Positions 18,503-26,268 are shown, numbered from the stretch's first letter. The stretch is 32,000 nucleotides of DNA from Geotalea uraniireducens Rf4 (GCF_000016745.1 NC_009483.1:4710001-4742000); one strand, 5' to 3'. Notes: generated by a model not told the origin, from the letters alone. A program made the numbers and translations.

Positions 18503-18940
18503 TCACCTGCGGAACACCAGCGACGCGCCGGCAATAAGCAACCCGACCCCCAGGGCGCGCTTCAGATCCAGCGGGATCTCGCGGAACCCGAAAAGACCGA
18601 AATGGTCGAGGAGCAGGCCGGTAACGAGCTGGGCTGTGATGGTCGCTACCAGGACCGCCGTAGTACCGATGCGAGGCACGGCGAGGATGGTCATGGTAAC
18701 GAAATATGCGCCGAGAAAGCCGCCGGTCAACTCCCACCAGGCAGCGTCGGCAATGCCCTTGAAGCTGCCGCGTCCGCTCGCAAGTACAACGAAAAACAGC
18801 GCCACGGTACCAACGGCAAACGAGATGCAGGAACTCTCGATAATGCCGACCTTCTGGGCAAGCCGGCCGTTGATGGAAGGCTGCAGAGCCACGGCAAAAC
18901 CGCCGCAGAACATGAGAAAAAACAGGGCCAGACTATTCAC
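18503..18940 (-). CDS. DMT-superfamily membrane protein, DUF606 / YdcZ-like
   Basis: 145 aa with about 5 TM segments. The N-terminus MNSLALFFLMFCGGFAVALQPSINGRLAQ is typical of DUF606. The GTG start is preceded by AAGGAG. Confidence 0.6.
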   Translation of the reverse strand: MNSLALFFLMFCGGFAVALQPSINGRLAQKVGIIESSCISFAVGTVALFFVVLASGRGSFKGIADAAWWELTGGFLGAYFVTMTILAVPRIGTTAVLVATITAQLVTGLLLDHFGLFGFREIPLDLKRALGVGLLIAGASLVFRR

Positions 18941-19053
18941 CTAAGACTCCTTTCCGTCAGCTCCCTCACCTTCGCCAATCACGGAGAAAGACACGCATCG
19001 AAGGAACAACGGCATCTTCTATAACAAAATCATATCGTTTTAGCCGGCAGATG

Positions 19054-19087
19054 AAAAAAAGCCACTCCCTCGGACCGAGGGAGCGGC
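19054..19087 (-). terminator. Intrinsic terminator after the 19124-19792 gene
   Basis: The minus-strand RNA reads GCCGCUCCCUCGGUCCGAGGGAGUGGC (a stem of about 12 bp) followed by UUUUUUU. Confidence 0.75.
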
Positions 19088-19123
19088 TTTTATCAATAAA
19101 AATACCTGCACCCCTAGACCCTA

Positions 19124-19792
19124 CTAGCCCTTCTTCCGCCGCATGGCCAGTAACACCACGAGCAGGACGATCAATACCCCTCCGCCAGCGGCCTGGAGCA
19201 TCAGGGAACTTGTGAACGAGAACGGGGGTTCCGCAGGAGGTTGAACCGGCTGAATGGCCGATTTAGGCACTGCTTTCGCCGGCGGGACAGGTTTCTTTGC
19301 CGCGGGTGCAGCACCCTGAACCGGTGGATTCACGGCCGGCTTGGCTTTTAAAGCGCCCGCAACAGGTTGCGGCGGCGCATGGGGAGCTGGGGCTGCTTTG
19401 ACTGCCTGTAGCGGTTTGACCGGCTTGGCAGGCTTCTGCACCGAGGAGACAACCCCCTGGATCGGCCTGGCAGACGGTTTTTGAGCGATGGCTTTCTGTG
19501 GCAGCGGGGGACGCCCGGCGCCGATTTTCTGCCGCTTGACACCTTTTTTCTTGGTCTTTGCAGGTTTTTTGCCGAAGGTCTTCTTCAGGTCCACCTCGTC
19601 CCGGGAGAAGTCAAGCAGCACGTCCCGGTTGACGAGGACCATGATATTGCCGTTTGTTTTCCAGACTTTTTGACACTCGATCACCCCGCCATCCTTAAGG
19701 TAAACCGACTTCAACGCCCCGGCGAATGCCATTGACCCAACCAAGAAGCTGAAACAGAGCACAGCAAGTAATACCGTCAGAATCCTTTTCAT
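19124..19792 (-). CDS. Hypothetical envelope protein: signal peptide, small N-terminal domain, Pro/Ala/Lys-rich linker, C-terminal TM anchor
   Basis: 222 aa. The N-terminal MKRILTVLLAVLCFSFLVGSMAFA is signal-like. A long low-complexity PAKP/PPQP region follows. The C-terminus is AAGGGVLIVLLVVLLAMRRKKG. Confidence 0.55.
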   Translation of the reverse strand: MKRILTVLLAVLCFSFLVGSMAFAGALKSVYLKDGGVIECQKVWKTNGNIMVLVNRDVLLDFSRDEVDLKKTFGKKPAKTKKKGVKRQKIGAGRPPLPQKAIAQKPSARPIQGVVSSVQKPAKPVKPLQAVKAAPAPHAPPQPVAGALKAKPAVNPPVQGAAPAAKKPVPPAKAVPKSAIQPVQPPAEPPFSFTSSLMLQAAGGGVLIVLLVVLLAMRRKKG

Positions 19793-19885
19793 TGCCCCCC
19801 CTCAATCGCAAATAAATGGAATTATGCTTCAAAATCCCTGTGAAGGCAACCATCCCAACGGCAGCATGCCGCATTACCTTGCACA

Positions 19886-20365
19886 TCAGGGCTCTGCTCC
19901 CGGCATGCATTCCGCCTCAGCCACCATGTCCAGCCGTGAGTCAGGAGTAATCTCTTCCCATTCGGTCTTGCCCGTCAAATTGAATTCGGCGATCCGGTTC
20001 CCCTTGCTGTCAAAGTGGATAATCTGCTGGAGCCGGCTCTGCCGGGTGGCGCAGTTCATGCCGTACTGATAGAGGGTATAAGCAAGGTCCTGATATGTCT
20101 TGACATTGGAAAGCCCCTCCAGCATATCCGCTTTCCCCGCCTTTCCGTAAACCACCTTTGTCCATACGGTAAAGGTATCTTCAGGAGATACGGAAAGCGC
20201 CGCCTTGTTATAGAAAAACTCGGAATGCTCCGGTTCCGAGTGGAGGAGCACCCAAGTTGCCTCTTCCTTCTTCGGCGCCTTATCATCTGCGATGGCGCCA
20301 CCTGTCGCCCAGAGCAAGACAAACACCCATATCAGCAATAAAGGCAGGTAAAATCTGGTCTTCAT
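19886..20365 (-). CDS. Hypothetical secreted protein, possibly surface-adhesin protein E-like fold
   Basis: 159 aa. Signal peptide MKTRFYLPLLLIWVFVLLWATGGAIA. The pattern W..., VWTKVVY, NCATRQSRLQQIIHFDSKGNRI, EWEEITPDS...AEC resembles the Adhesin_E-type family from memory only. Confidence 0.4.
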   Translation of the reverse strand: MKTRFYLPLLLIWVFVLLWATGGAIADDKAPKKEEATWVLLHSEPEHSEFFYNKAALSVSPEDTFTVWTKVVYGKAGKADMLEGLSNVKTYQDLAYTLYQYGMNCATRQSRLQQIIHFDSKGNRIAEFNLTGKTEWEEITPDSRLDMVAEAECMPGAEP

Positions 20366-20400
20366 GAAATCCTCCGGTAAATGATTTGATAATAAGCAGG

Positions 20401-20934
20401 TTATTCGGCCCGCTTGAATTTAAACGACGCAGAGTTCATACAGTAGCGCAAGCCGGTCGGCTTGGGGCCGTCGTCGAAGACATGACCGAGATGGGCGTCG
20501 CACCGGGCGCAGAGCACGTCGGTCCGGCGTGTGAAAAAGGAATTGTCCGCCTCGGTCCTGATGTTTTCCTTGGCGATGGGCTGCCAAAAGCTGGGCCAAC
20601 CGGTCCCCGACTCGTATTTTGCATCCGAGCTGAACAGGTCCAGGCCGCAGCAGACGCACTGGTAAATCCCTTTTTCATGATTGTTCCAGTATTCGTTGGC
20701 AAAGGGCTTCTCTGTCCCCTTTTTTCTGGTCACCCTGAACTGTTCTGCCGTCAAGAGTTTACGCCATTCTTCATCGGTTTTCACAACCTTTTGCGTCATG
20801 ATGAATCCTTTCCGCTCCGCCGAATAGACCTTAAGTTGCAACGGCTGCGCCGCAGAAGTAACAGATAGCCGCAGTGGGCCGCATATGGCCGTCAGCAGTA
20901 AAAGGAATGCCGGCATTGCATAACGGTATGTCAT
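20401..20934 (-). CDS. msrB: Peptide-methionine (R)-S-oxide reductase MsrB (start uncertain)
   Basis: Two CxxC zinc motifs (CVCC, CARC), GTGWPSF and the catalytic RYCMNS. Alternative starts are 20961 (track), 20934 (GAAGGG Shine-Dalgarno; gives the signal-like [29 protein letters not shown]) and 20799 (AAAGGA Shine-Dalgarno; gives a cytoplasmic-size enzyme of about 132 aa). Confidence 0.85.
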   Translation of the reverse strand: MTYRYAMPAFLLLLTAICGPLRLSVTSAAQPLQLKVYSAERKGFIMTQKVVKTDEEWRKLLTAEQFRVTRKKGTEKPFANEYWNNHEKGIYQCVCCGLDLFSSDAKYESGTGWPSFWQPIAKENIRTEADNSFFTRRTDVLCARCDAHLGHVFDDGPKPTGLRYCMNSASFKFKRAE

Positions 20935-21111
20935 GGTCATGGCCCTTCTTAAGCCCAGCATTGAGACTACTTTGTACTAAGTATTTTACTCTGTAGTTCC
21001 TGTTTATCAACCCGAGCGGTTCACAACAAGTACACATCGCAATGATTGGCGAGACAATATCGACGGCAAGGAAGGAATCGGGAAAGATTTAATTAATGGT
21101 TGGATACAATT

Positions 21112-21145
21112 TAGTTTCCATCCGGAAACTCCGGATGAGAAACTA
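21112..21145. repeat. 15-bp-arm palindrome family, copy A
   Basis: TAGTTTCCATCCGG-AAACT-CCGGATGAGAAACTA. One arm lacks one T. Confidence 0.7.
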
Positions 21146-21291
21146 GTGTTTCCGTTTCGGAAAGTGGGGATTTTTTGTTCTGGCAAGGAAATCAAGGGAT
21201 TGCACGGAGGCGTACATCGGTACGCCGCACAAGCAAGCCCGCAGGTTGACACCGCCAGGGCGAAAAAGCACCCTTTCCGGACGGAAACAAT

Positions 21292-21816
21292 TTAAGGTTG
21301 GATCTCGATGGGGGTGCCGACTGGAACCATCTGCCAGATTTCATCCATCTGGGCGTTGGTGACGGCAATGCACCCCTTTGTCCAGTTGATGAGGGTGTGC
21401 AGCTCGCCCACCCTCTCCAGCCCTTTGGGCAGACCGTGGATCATGATATCACCACCGGGCGAGACGCCGTACTTTTGCGCATTTTCGAGGTCCGACCTGT
21501 TTGGGTAGGAGACATGGATGGAGCGGTAAAATTTGCTGTTGGAGTTCCGTCGGTCAAGGATGTAGGTCCCTTCCGGGGTTTTCTTATCCCCCTTCTGCGC
21601 TTTCGCTCCGACAGGCTCTTTACCAAGGGCAATTTCATAGGACTTTACGACTGTACCCTCTTTTAACAGCTTCATGACCCGTTCGCTTTTTATAACCACC
21701 ACCTTGTCAGCTCGGGTTATTGATGCCTGCACCTGTTCAGCCGGTTGAGAACCGACGAGAAATATGCCGACAATAAGCGAAAGCACTTTTTTTTGTCTTT
21801 TAACCACCGATGGCAT
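21292..21816 (-). CDS. L,D-transpeptidase (YkuD domain) family protein
   Basis: The YkuD catalytic region is IMIHGLP...NWTKGCIAVTNAQMDEIW (His and Cys). The ATG at 21816 gives the signal-like MPSVVKRQKKVLSLIVGIFLVGSQPAEQVQA. The upstream 60 codons of the track ORF look non-coding. Confidence 0.75.
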   Translation of the reverse strand: MPSVVKRQKKVLSLIVGIFLVGSQPAEQVQASITRADKVVVIKSERVMKLLKEGTVVKSYEIALGKEPVGAKAQKGDKKTPEGTYILDRRNSNSKFYRSIHVSYPNRSDLENAQKYGVSPGGDIMIHGLPKGLERVGELHTLINWTKGCIAVTNAQMDEIWQMVPVGTPIEIQP

Positions 21817-22038
21817 TCCTTTTCCGCAATGGAAATTGCAGCCGATACCGGCGCTAAGCGGAGTTGCACAATGAATGATGTTCATTCGATAATTCAATGG
21901 TTTAGAAGTGCATATTACATGCCTGCGCCATAATTTTCTACCCTTTTTATATAAATTCATTCGCGAGAATTGAATTTTATGAAGACAACAGTACACTTGT
22001 AATGATTAACAAACATCAATCTAACGGAGGTATCGGAA

Positions 22039-22410
22039 ATGCGAAAAGCTCGATTATGCGTAATAGGTCTGCTTCTTCTGTCCTCATTCGGCTGCGCCAC
22101 TGAAGAGTATGTGCGGCAGCAGGTAGATCCTCTGGCAGACAGGATAGGAAAGCTCGAGTCAAAGGTGACGGGTATTGAGTCAAGGCTGACTGCTCTTGAG
22201 CAAAAAGGGGCTACAGGCTCTGCTGAACTGGAAGCGGCAAAGAAAGAAACGGCCGAAGCTAAAAACCTCGCCGAACAAGCTGCGAAAACAGCTCAGAACG
22301 CTGCCGACAAAGCAAACGAAGCTGCAAACAAGGCTGAAGAAGCTGCCAATAAGGCGGAACAGGCCGCCCAGAAGGCTGTGAAAGCCTTTGAACTGGAGCA
22401 AAAGAAATAA
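22039..22410 (+). CDS. Lpp/OprI-like alanine-zipper outer-membrane lipoprotein ending in Lys-Lys
   Basis: 123 aa. Signal plus lipobox-like LLSSFGC. A coiled-coil region has 7-aa periodicity (AADKANE AANKAEE AANKAEQ AAQKAVK). The C-terminus is ...ELEQKK. GGAGG lies 8 nt upstream of the ATG. Confidence 0.6.
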   Translation: MRKARLCVIGLLLLSSFGCATEEYVRQQVDPLADRIGKLESKVTGIESRLTALEQKGATGSAELEAAKKETAEAKNLAEQAAKTAQNAADKANEAANKAEEAANKAEQAAQKAVKAFELEQKK

Positions 22411-22430
22411 CATCGGACGTTTCCATCAAA

Positions 22431-22467
22431 GGGGGCCGCCGGCATCTTGCCGCCGGCCCTTTTTTTA
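22431..22467 (+). terminator. Intrinsic terminator after the Lpp-like gene
   Basis: GGGGGCCGCCGGCATCTTGCCGCCGGCCC (GC-rich stem with one mismatch) followed by TTTTTTT. It overlaps the stop of the convergent ldt gene. Confidence 0.75.
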
Positions 22468-23343
22468 TCTGCTGATATCGACCGGAACCCCCTTTTTCTC
22501 CATAATCGCCCGCAGCAGTTTTTTTGTGCTGATCCGATCTTGAAGGATATTCTCATTCAACAGGGTGACGGCCGCCTCGATATTCTCTGCTGAGGAAGAG
22601 CGGTCGTCGTGCACCTCCGCAAACACCCTCCCATTTCGCTCCCCCACCTTCACCGGCTCCATCACTATGGTTACCGGTGTGCCCACAGCCACCAGCCGGT
22701 ATAGCCGCGGAATGTCCTCGGGATAAAGTCTTATGCAGCCGTGGCTGACGCGTCTCCCCACACCCCACGGCTTGTTGGTGCCGTGGATGAGGATCGTTCT
22801 TTCCGAAAGCCGCATGGCGTGGGTGCCAAGCGGGTTGTCCGGGCCCGGTGGAACCACGTCCGGCAGTTCGGGTTTCTCCATTTTTACCGACTGAGGCACA
22901 TACCAACTGGGATTTTCTATCTTCTGTATCACCCGGAATGTCCCGACCGGCGTATCCTTCCCTTCATCGCCTATGCCGATCGGGAAAGAGGCAATAAGCC
23001 GCGCCCCCTTGAAGCTGAAGGAATAATAAAGCCTCATTTCCGAAAGATTGATGACTATGCCGCCCCACTTCAGCGACGCCGGAACGATCCATTCCGTAGG
23101 GATAGTTACGGAAATGCCGGCGCCTGGTGCAAACGGATCAATGCCGGGATTTGCCGCGACCAGCTCCTGATAACCGAGGTCAAATCTCCTCGCAACCTCG
23201 ACAAGGGATTCGCCGGCCCTGGTTCTGTAGCTTTTCCTGATGCCGATTACCGTCGCATCGCCAGAGTAAACCTCAGCCAGGGCAGCGCATGATAAAATAA
23301 GCAGAAAGGCGGAAGCGGCCAAGTATTGCAAAGCGAATCGCAT
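22465..23343 (-). CDS. L,D-transpeptidase with N-terminal LysM domain (YkuD family)
   Basis: LysM-like YRTRAGESLVEVARRFDLGYQELVAANPG. YkuD catalytic region ILIHGTNKPWGVGRRVSHGCIRLYPEDI. The ATG at 23343 (MRFALQYLAASAFLLILSCAALA) is preferred over the TTG at 23364. Confidence 0.8.
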   Translation of the reverse strand: MRFALQYLAASAFLLILSCAALAEVYSGDATVIGIRKSYRTRAGESLVEVARRFDLGYQELVAANPGIDPFAPGAGISVTIPTEWIVPASLKWGGIVINLSEMRLYYSFSFKGARLIASFPIGIGDEGKDTPVGTFRVIQKIENPSWYVPQSVKMEKPELPDVVPPGPDNPLGTHAMRLSERTILIHGTNKPWGVGRRVSHGCIRLYPEDIPRLYRLVAVGTPVTIVMEPVKVGERNGRVFAEVHDDRSSSAENIEAAVTLLNENILQDRISTKKLLRAIMEKKGVPVDISR

Positions 23344-23418
23344 AAGCACCCCGATAAAACGCAAACACCGGCAGGCAAGATGGAGTTTTCCATTGCCCGG
23401 TTTCTCCCATCTGTGCCA

Positions 23419-23452
23419 TAGTTTCTCATCCGGGGGGGCCGGATGGAAACTA
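23419..23452. repeat. 15-bp-arm palindrome family, copy B (opposite orientation to copy A)
   Basis: TAGTTTCTCATCCGG-GGGGG-CCGGATGGAAACTA. It has the same one-base arm asymmetry as copy A, but mirrored. Confidence 0.7.
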
Positions 23453-23487
23453 TCAAGAAAAACTTAACAGAAAGAAGGAGCAGGTCA

Positions 23488-24114
23488 ATGATCCAAATTA
23501 CCGATCCCCGCATAGAAGGATACCTGATGAAGCTGCAGCCGGAGGATGACGCGCAGATACTCGCCATGGAGGAAAAGGCAAGAGAGATGAAGTTCCCGAT
23601 CATCGACCGGCTGGTGGGGAGGTTCCTCCATCTCCTGACCCGGCTGAAACAACCGAAGCTGGTGGTGGAACTCGGCTCCGGCTTCGGCTATTCGGCCTTG
23701 TGGTTTGCCCGCGCCCTTGGCGAGGGGGCAAAGGTAGTGCTGACCGAGTATGCGGAGAAAAACATCGCTTACGCCCGGCAAATGTTTGAAGAAGAAGGTC
23801 TGGCGGACAAGGCCGAGTTCCGGGTCGGCAATGCCCTGGAAATCGGTCAGGAATATGACAATATAGACATCCTCTTTATTGACATCGACAAATACCAGTA
23901 TCCGGCTGCACTTGAAGCCATGCTCCCCCGACTCGCCCAAAACGCCCTGGTGATTGCGGACAACACCCTCTGGTACGGCAGGGTGGTAGAAGAGAACAGC
24001 AACAAGGACAGCGAGGCGGTCAAACGCTTCAACGAGCTCATGTTCAGCCGCAGCGATTTCTTCACCACCATCGTGCCGTTACGGGACGGAGTGCTGCTCA
24101 GCTACAGGATATAG
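23488..24114 (+). CDS. Class I SAM-dependent O-methyltransferase (CCoAOMT / Methyltransf_3-like)
   Basis: SAM motif I VVELGSGFGYSALWFA and the acidic motif DILFIDIDK. The ATG at 23488 is preceded by AAGGAG (23475-23480). Confidence 0.75.
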   Translation: MIQITDPRIEGYLMKLQPEDDAQILAMEEKAREMKFPIIDRLVGRFLHLLTRLKQPKLVVELGSGFGYSALWFARALGEGAKVVLTEYAEKNIAYARQMFEEEGLADKAEFRVGNALEIGQEYDNIDILFIDIDKYQYPAALEAMLPRLAQNALVIADNTLWYGRVVEENSNKDSEAVKRFNELMFSRSDFFTTIVPLRDGVLLSYRI

Positions 24115-24242
24115 GAAAAGCAAATAACCGGCCACGCCCGTTCCTTTCACTTTCTTGGCATTGAAGTTCAAATAATTGACCCTTCCTACCACAGACACCG
24201 TATTTCCCCTGCAATTTAAAGAGGTTGCAAATTTCTACCACA

Positions 24243-24258
24243 TGGCACGGCAGTTGCT
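24243..24258 (+). promoter_or_regulatory. Sigma-54 (RpoN) -24/-12 promoter upstream of flbD-motA-motB
   Basis: TGGCAC-GGCAG-TTGCT is an exact match to TGGCAC-N5-TTGCW. 25 of 28 nt are identical to the promoter at 29042. Confidence 0.75.
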
Positions 24259-24278
24259 GTGTTGAGGTATTGAAATAG

Positions 24279-24313
24279 TAGTTTCTCATCCGGGGTTTCC
24301 GGATGAGAAACTA
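24279..24313 (+). repeat. 15-bp-arm palindrome family, copy C (perfect), in the predicted flbD leader
   Basis: TAGTTTCTCATCCGG-GGTTT-CCGGATGAGAAACTA followed by TTTTG. It begins about 10 nt downstream of the transcription start site predicted from the sigma-54 promoter. Confidence 0.7.
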
Positions 24314-24420
24314 TTTTGCGACGTGCGCTGCGGGCATGCCAATAAAATATTTCTGCTAAAGATTGCGTGCATGATGCCGAAAAATACTCTAGCTGTACAT
24401 TATGCGAAAAAGGGTGCGCT

Positions 24421-24678
24421 ATGATCAGATTAACCCGGCTCGACGGAAGTGAATTGTTCATTAATCCAGACCTCATAGAGACCATAGAAGAGACCCCTGA
24501 TACCCATATCGCTCTTCTTAACGGTAACCGCTACCTGGTTCTGGAACCGACCAGAATTATCATCGACAGGATCGTGGCCTTCAAGGCAAAAATCCAGCGT
24601 CGTTGCCTCTCCGGCATAGAGAAGAAGTATCTTCGCAAGCAGAGCGGAGATAATTACCGGCCGGTTTGCATACTCTGA
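24421..24678 (+). CDS. flbD: Flagellar protein FlbD
   Basis: MIRLTRLDGSELFINPDLIETIEETPDTHIALLNGNRYLVLEPTRIIIDRIVAFKAKI is a typical FlbD sequence. It lies directly upstream of motA. The internal ATG at 24421 was chosen. Confidence 0.8.
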   Translation: MIRLTRLDGSELFINPDLIETIEETPDTHIALLNGNRYLVLEPTRIIIDRIVAFKAKIQRRCLSGIEKKYLRKQSGDNYRPVCIL

Positions 24679-24712
24679 TAACCGCTACGTATCACCATGG
24701 GACTATGACAGT

Positions 24713-25483
24713 ATGGATATAGCAACAATAATCGGGTTGGTATTGGGTTTCGGCGCCGTTATCGGCGGCCAGGTACTTGAGGGTGGCCATGTAAGTGCCA
24801 TCTTGCAGCCGACTGCTGCTCTCATCGTACTTGGGGGGACATTCGGCGCAACATTTGTCAGCTTTCCACTGAAGAACATTCTCCAGGCGTTGAAGGATTC
24901 GAGAAAAGTCCTTTTCCCCCCGAAAGAGGACCCGGAAGGGGTCATCAAAAACATAATCAACTATGCGGCCAAGGCGCGGCGTAACGGTCTTATTTCATTG
25001 GAGCAGGAAGCCCAGACCGTTAAGGACTCTTTCACGAAAAAGGGGATATCGCTCGTTGTAGACGGTATAGATCCGCAAAAACTGCGTGAAACCATGGAAA
25101 TCGAGCTTGCTTCCTTTGAAGAGCATGCCAAGGCGAGCGCCGAAGTCTTCGAGGCCGCGGGCGGCTTTGCACCGACCATCGGCATCATCGGCGCGGTGCT
25201 CGGGCTGATCCACGTCATGAACAATTTGTCCGACTCGTCAAAACTGGGGGCGGGGATAGCAGTTGCCTTTGTTGCCACCATATACGGCCTGATGACCGCG
25301 AACATCATCTGCATTCCCATCAGCACCAAGCTGAAGCTGAGACTGAAAGAAGCGATATTGCAAAAAGAAATGGTCATTGAAGGATTGATAGCCATCCAGA
25401 ACGGAGAGAACCCCCACTTCATCGAGCAGAAACTCAGGGCGTATATGCCTGACGATGGTGAGGGCGCCAAAAAGGGCAAGTAG
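24713..25483 (+). CDS. motA: Flagellar stator protein MotA/PomA
   Basis: 256 aa with 4 TM segments. MDIATIIGLVLGFGAVIGGQVLEGG... and the C-terminal AFVATIYGLMTANIICIPI are typical of the MotA/TolQ/ExbB channel family. It is paired with motB. Confidence 0.9.
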   Translation: MDIATIIGLVLGFGAVIGGQVLEGGHVSAILQPTAALIVLGGTFGATFVSFPLKNILQALKDSRKVLFPPKEDPEGVIKNIINYAAKARRNGLISLEQEAQTVKDSFTKKGISLVVDGIDPQKLRETMEIELASFEEHAKASAEVFEAAGGFAPTIGIIGAVLGLIHVMNNLSDSSKLGAGIAVAFVATIYGLMTANIICIPISTKLKLRLKEAILQKEMVIEGLIAIQNGENPHFIEQKLRAYMPDDGEGAKKGK

Positions 25484-26260
25484 ATGGCAAGGAAAAAAAA
25501 AGCTGAAAAAGAACCGAACCTGGAACGCTGGCTGGTTTCTTATGCCGACTTCATAACCCTTTTGTTTGCCGTCTTTGTCACCCTTTATGCCATGTCGCAG
25601 ACCGACAAGAAAAAGGCGGAAGAGGTGGTAGAGTCCTTACGGGAATCATTCGGTTACAGCAAGTCTTCTCCGGTGACGAAACCGAAGATCATCGATTCGG
25701 GCAACATCAACATAATCCCGAACATGCGGCAACAGACGCTGCCGCCGAAACAGGCACAATACGGCAAAACAAGGAGCCACGCCGAGGAAAAGGATTTCAA
25801 GGCAATAAAGGCGGCCATTGAAGCGTATCTGTTGAAGAACGACGCGCAGAACAAGGTCAGTGTCGAGATAACCCGGCGGGGACTCGTGGTCAGTCTTAAG
25901 GAGGTGGGTTTTTTTGATTCCGGAAGCGCCACGGTGCAGCAGAATTCCTACGGACTCCTTGCGCACGTGGCAGAGTCTGTTTCCAATTATACAAATCCGA
26001 TCAGGGTTGAAGGACACACCGACAATGTCCCGATCAGCTCGCACACATTTCCTTCAAACTGGGAACTCTCCACGGCCAGGGCGACAAATCTCGTGCAGTA
26101 TCTGATAAGATATTATGAATTTCAGCCGGACAAGATTTCGGCAACCGGCTTTGGCGAGCATAGACCGATTGCGGACAACAGCACTGCGGAAGGTCGGGGT
26201 AAGAACCGACGGGTCGATATAGTTCTGTTGTCAACGGAGAGTGAGCGGGGAGAGCCTTAG
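25484..26260 (+). CDS. motB: Flagellar stator protein MotB (OmpA-like peptidoglycan-binding C-terminal domain)
   Basis: 258 aa. WLVSYADFITLLFAVFV carries the conserved channel Asp. The OmpA-like C-terminus is RVEGHTDNVPI...NWELSTARATNLV...NRRVDIV. The ATG abuts the motA stop. Confidence 0.9.
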   Translation: MARKKKAEKEPNLERWLVSYADFITLLFAVFVTLYAMSQTDKKKAEEVVESLRESFGYSKSSPVTKPKIIDSGNINIIPNMRQQTLPPKQAQYGKTRSHAEEKDFKAIKAAIEAYLLKNDAQNKVSVEITRRGLVVSLKEVGFFDSGSATVQQNSYGLLAHVAESVSNYTNPIRVEGHTDNVPISSHTFPSNWELSTARATNLVQYLIRYYEFQPDKISATGFGEHRPIADNSTAEGRGKNRRVDIVLLSTESERGEP

Positions 26261-26268
26261 AGGTTAGA

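Noticed and set aside
21181-21204. TGGCAA ... TTGCA pair downstream of palindrome copy A.
   Set aside because: The elements are 13 nt apart instead of 5, which is incompatible with the -24/-12 geometry.
21007-21252. 81-aa ORF on the - strand in the ldt-msrB intergenic region.
   Set aside because: It spans palindrome copy A and other hairpins. It is Cys/Pro/Ser-rich and has neither a Shine-Dalgarno sequence nor motifs, so I treat the region as non-coding.
23413-23418. TGGCAC (on the - strand) directly abutting palindrome copy B.
   Set aside because: There is no GC/TTGC element at the -12 position; the sequence reads TGGCACAGATGGGAG. It is probably a chance hexamer.
24299-24313. CCGGATGAGAAAC resembles the hammerhead ribozyme core (CUGAUGAG ... 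GAAAC).
   Set aside because: The first core position differs (CGGAUGAG rather than CUGAUGAG). There is no stem II between the two boxes and no cleavage-site helix. The similarity is superficial.
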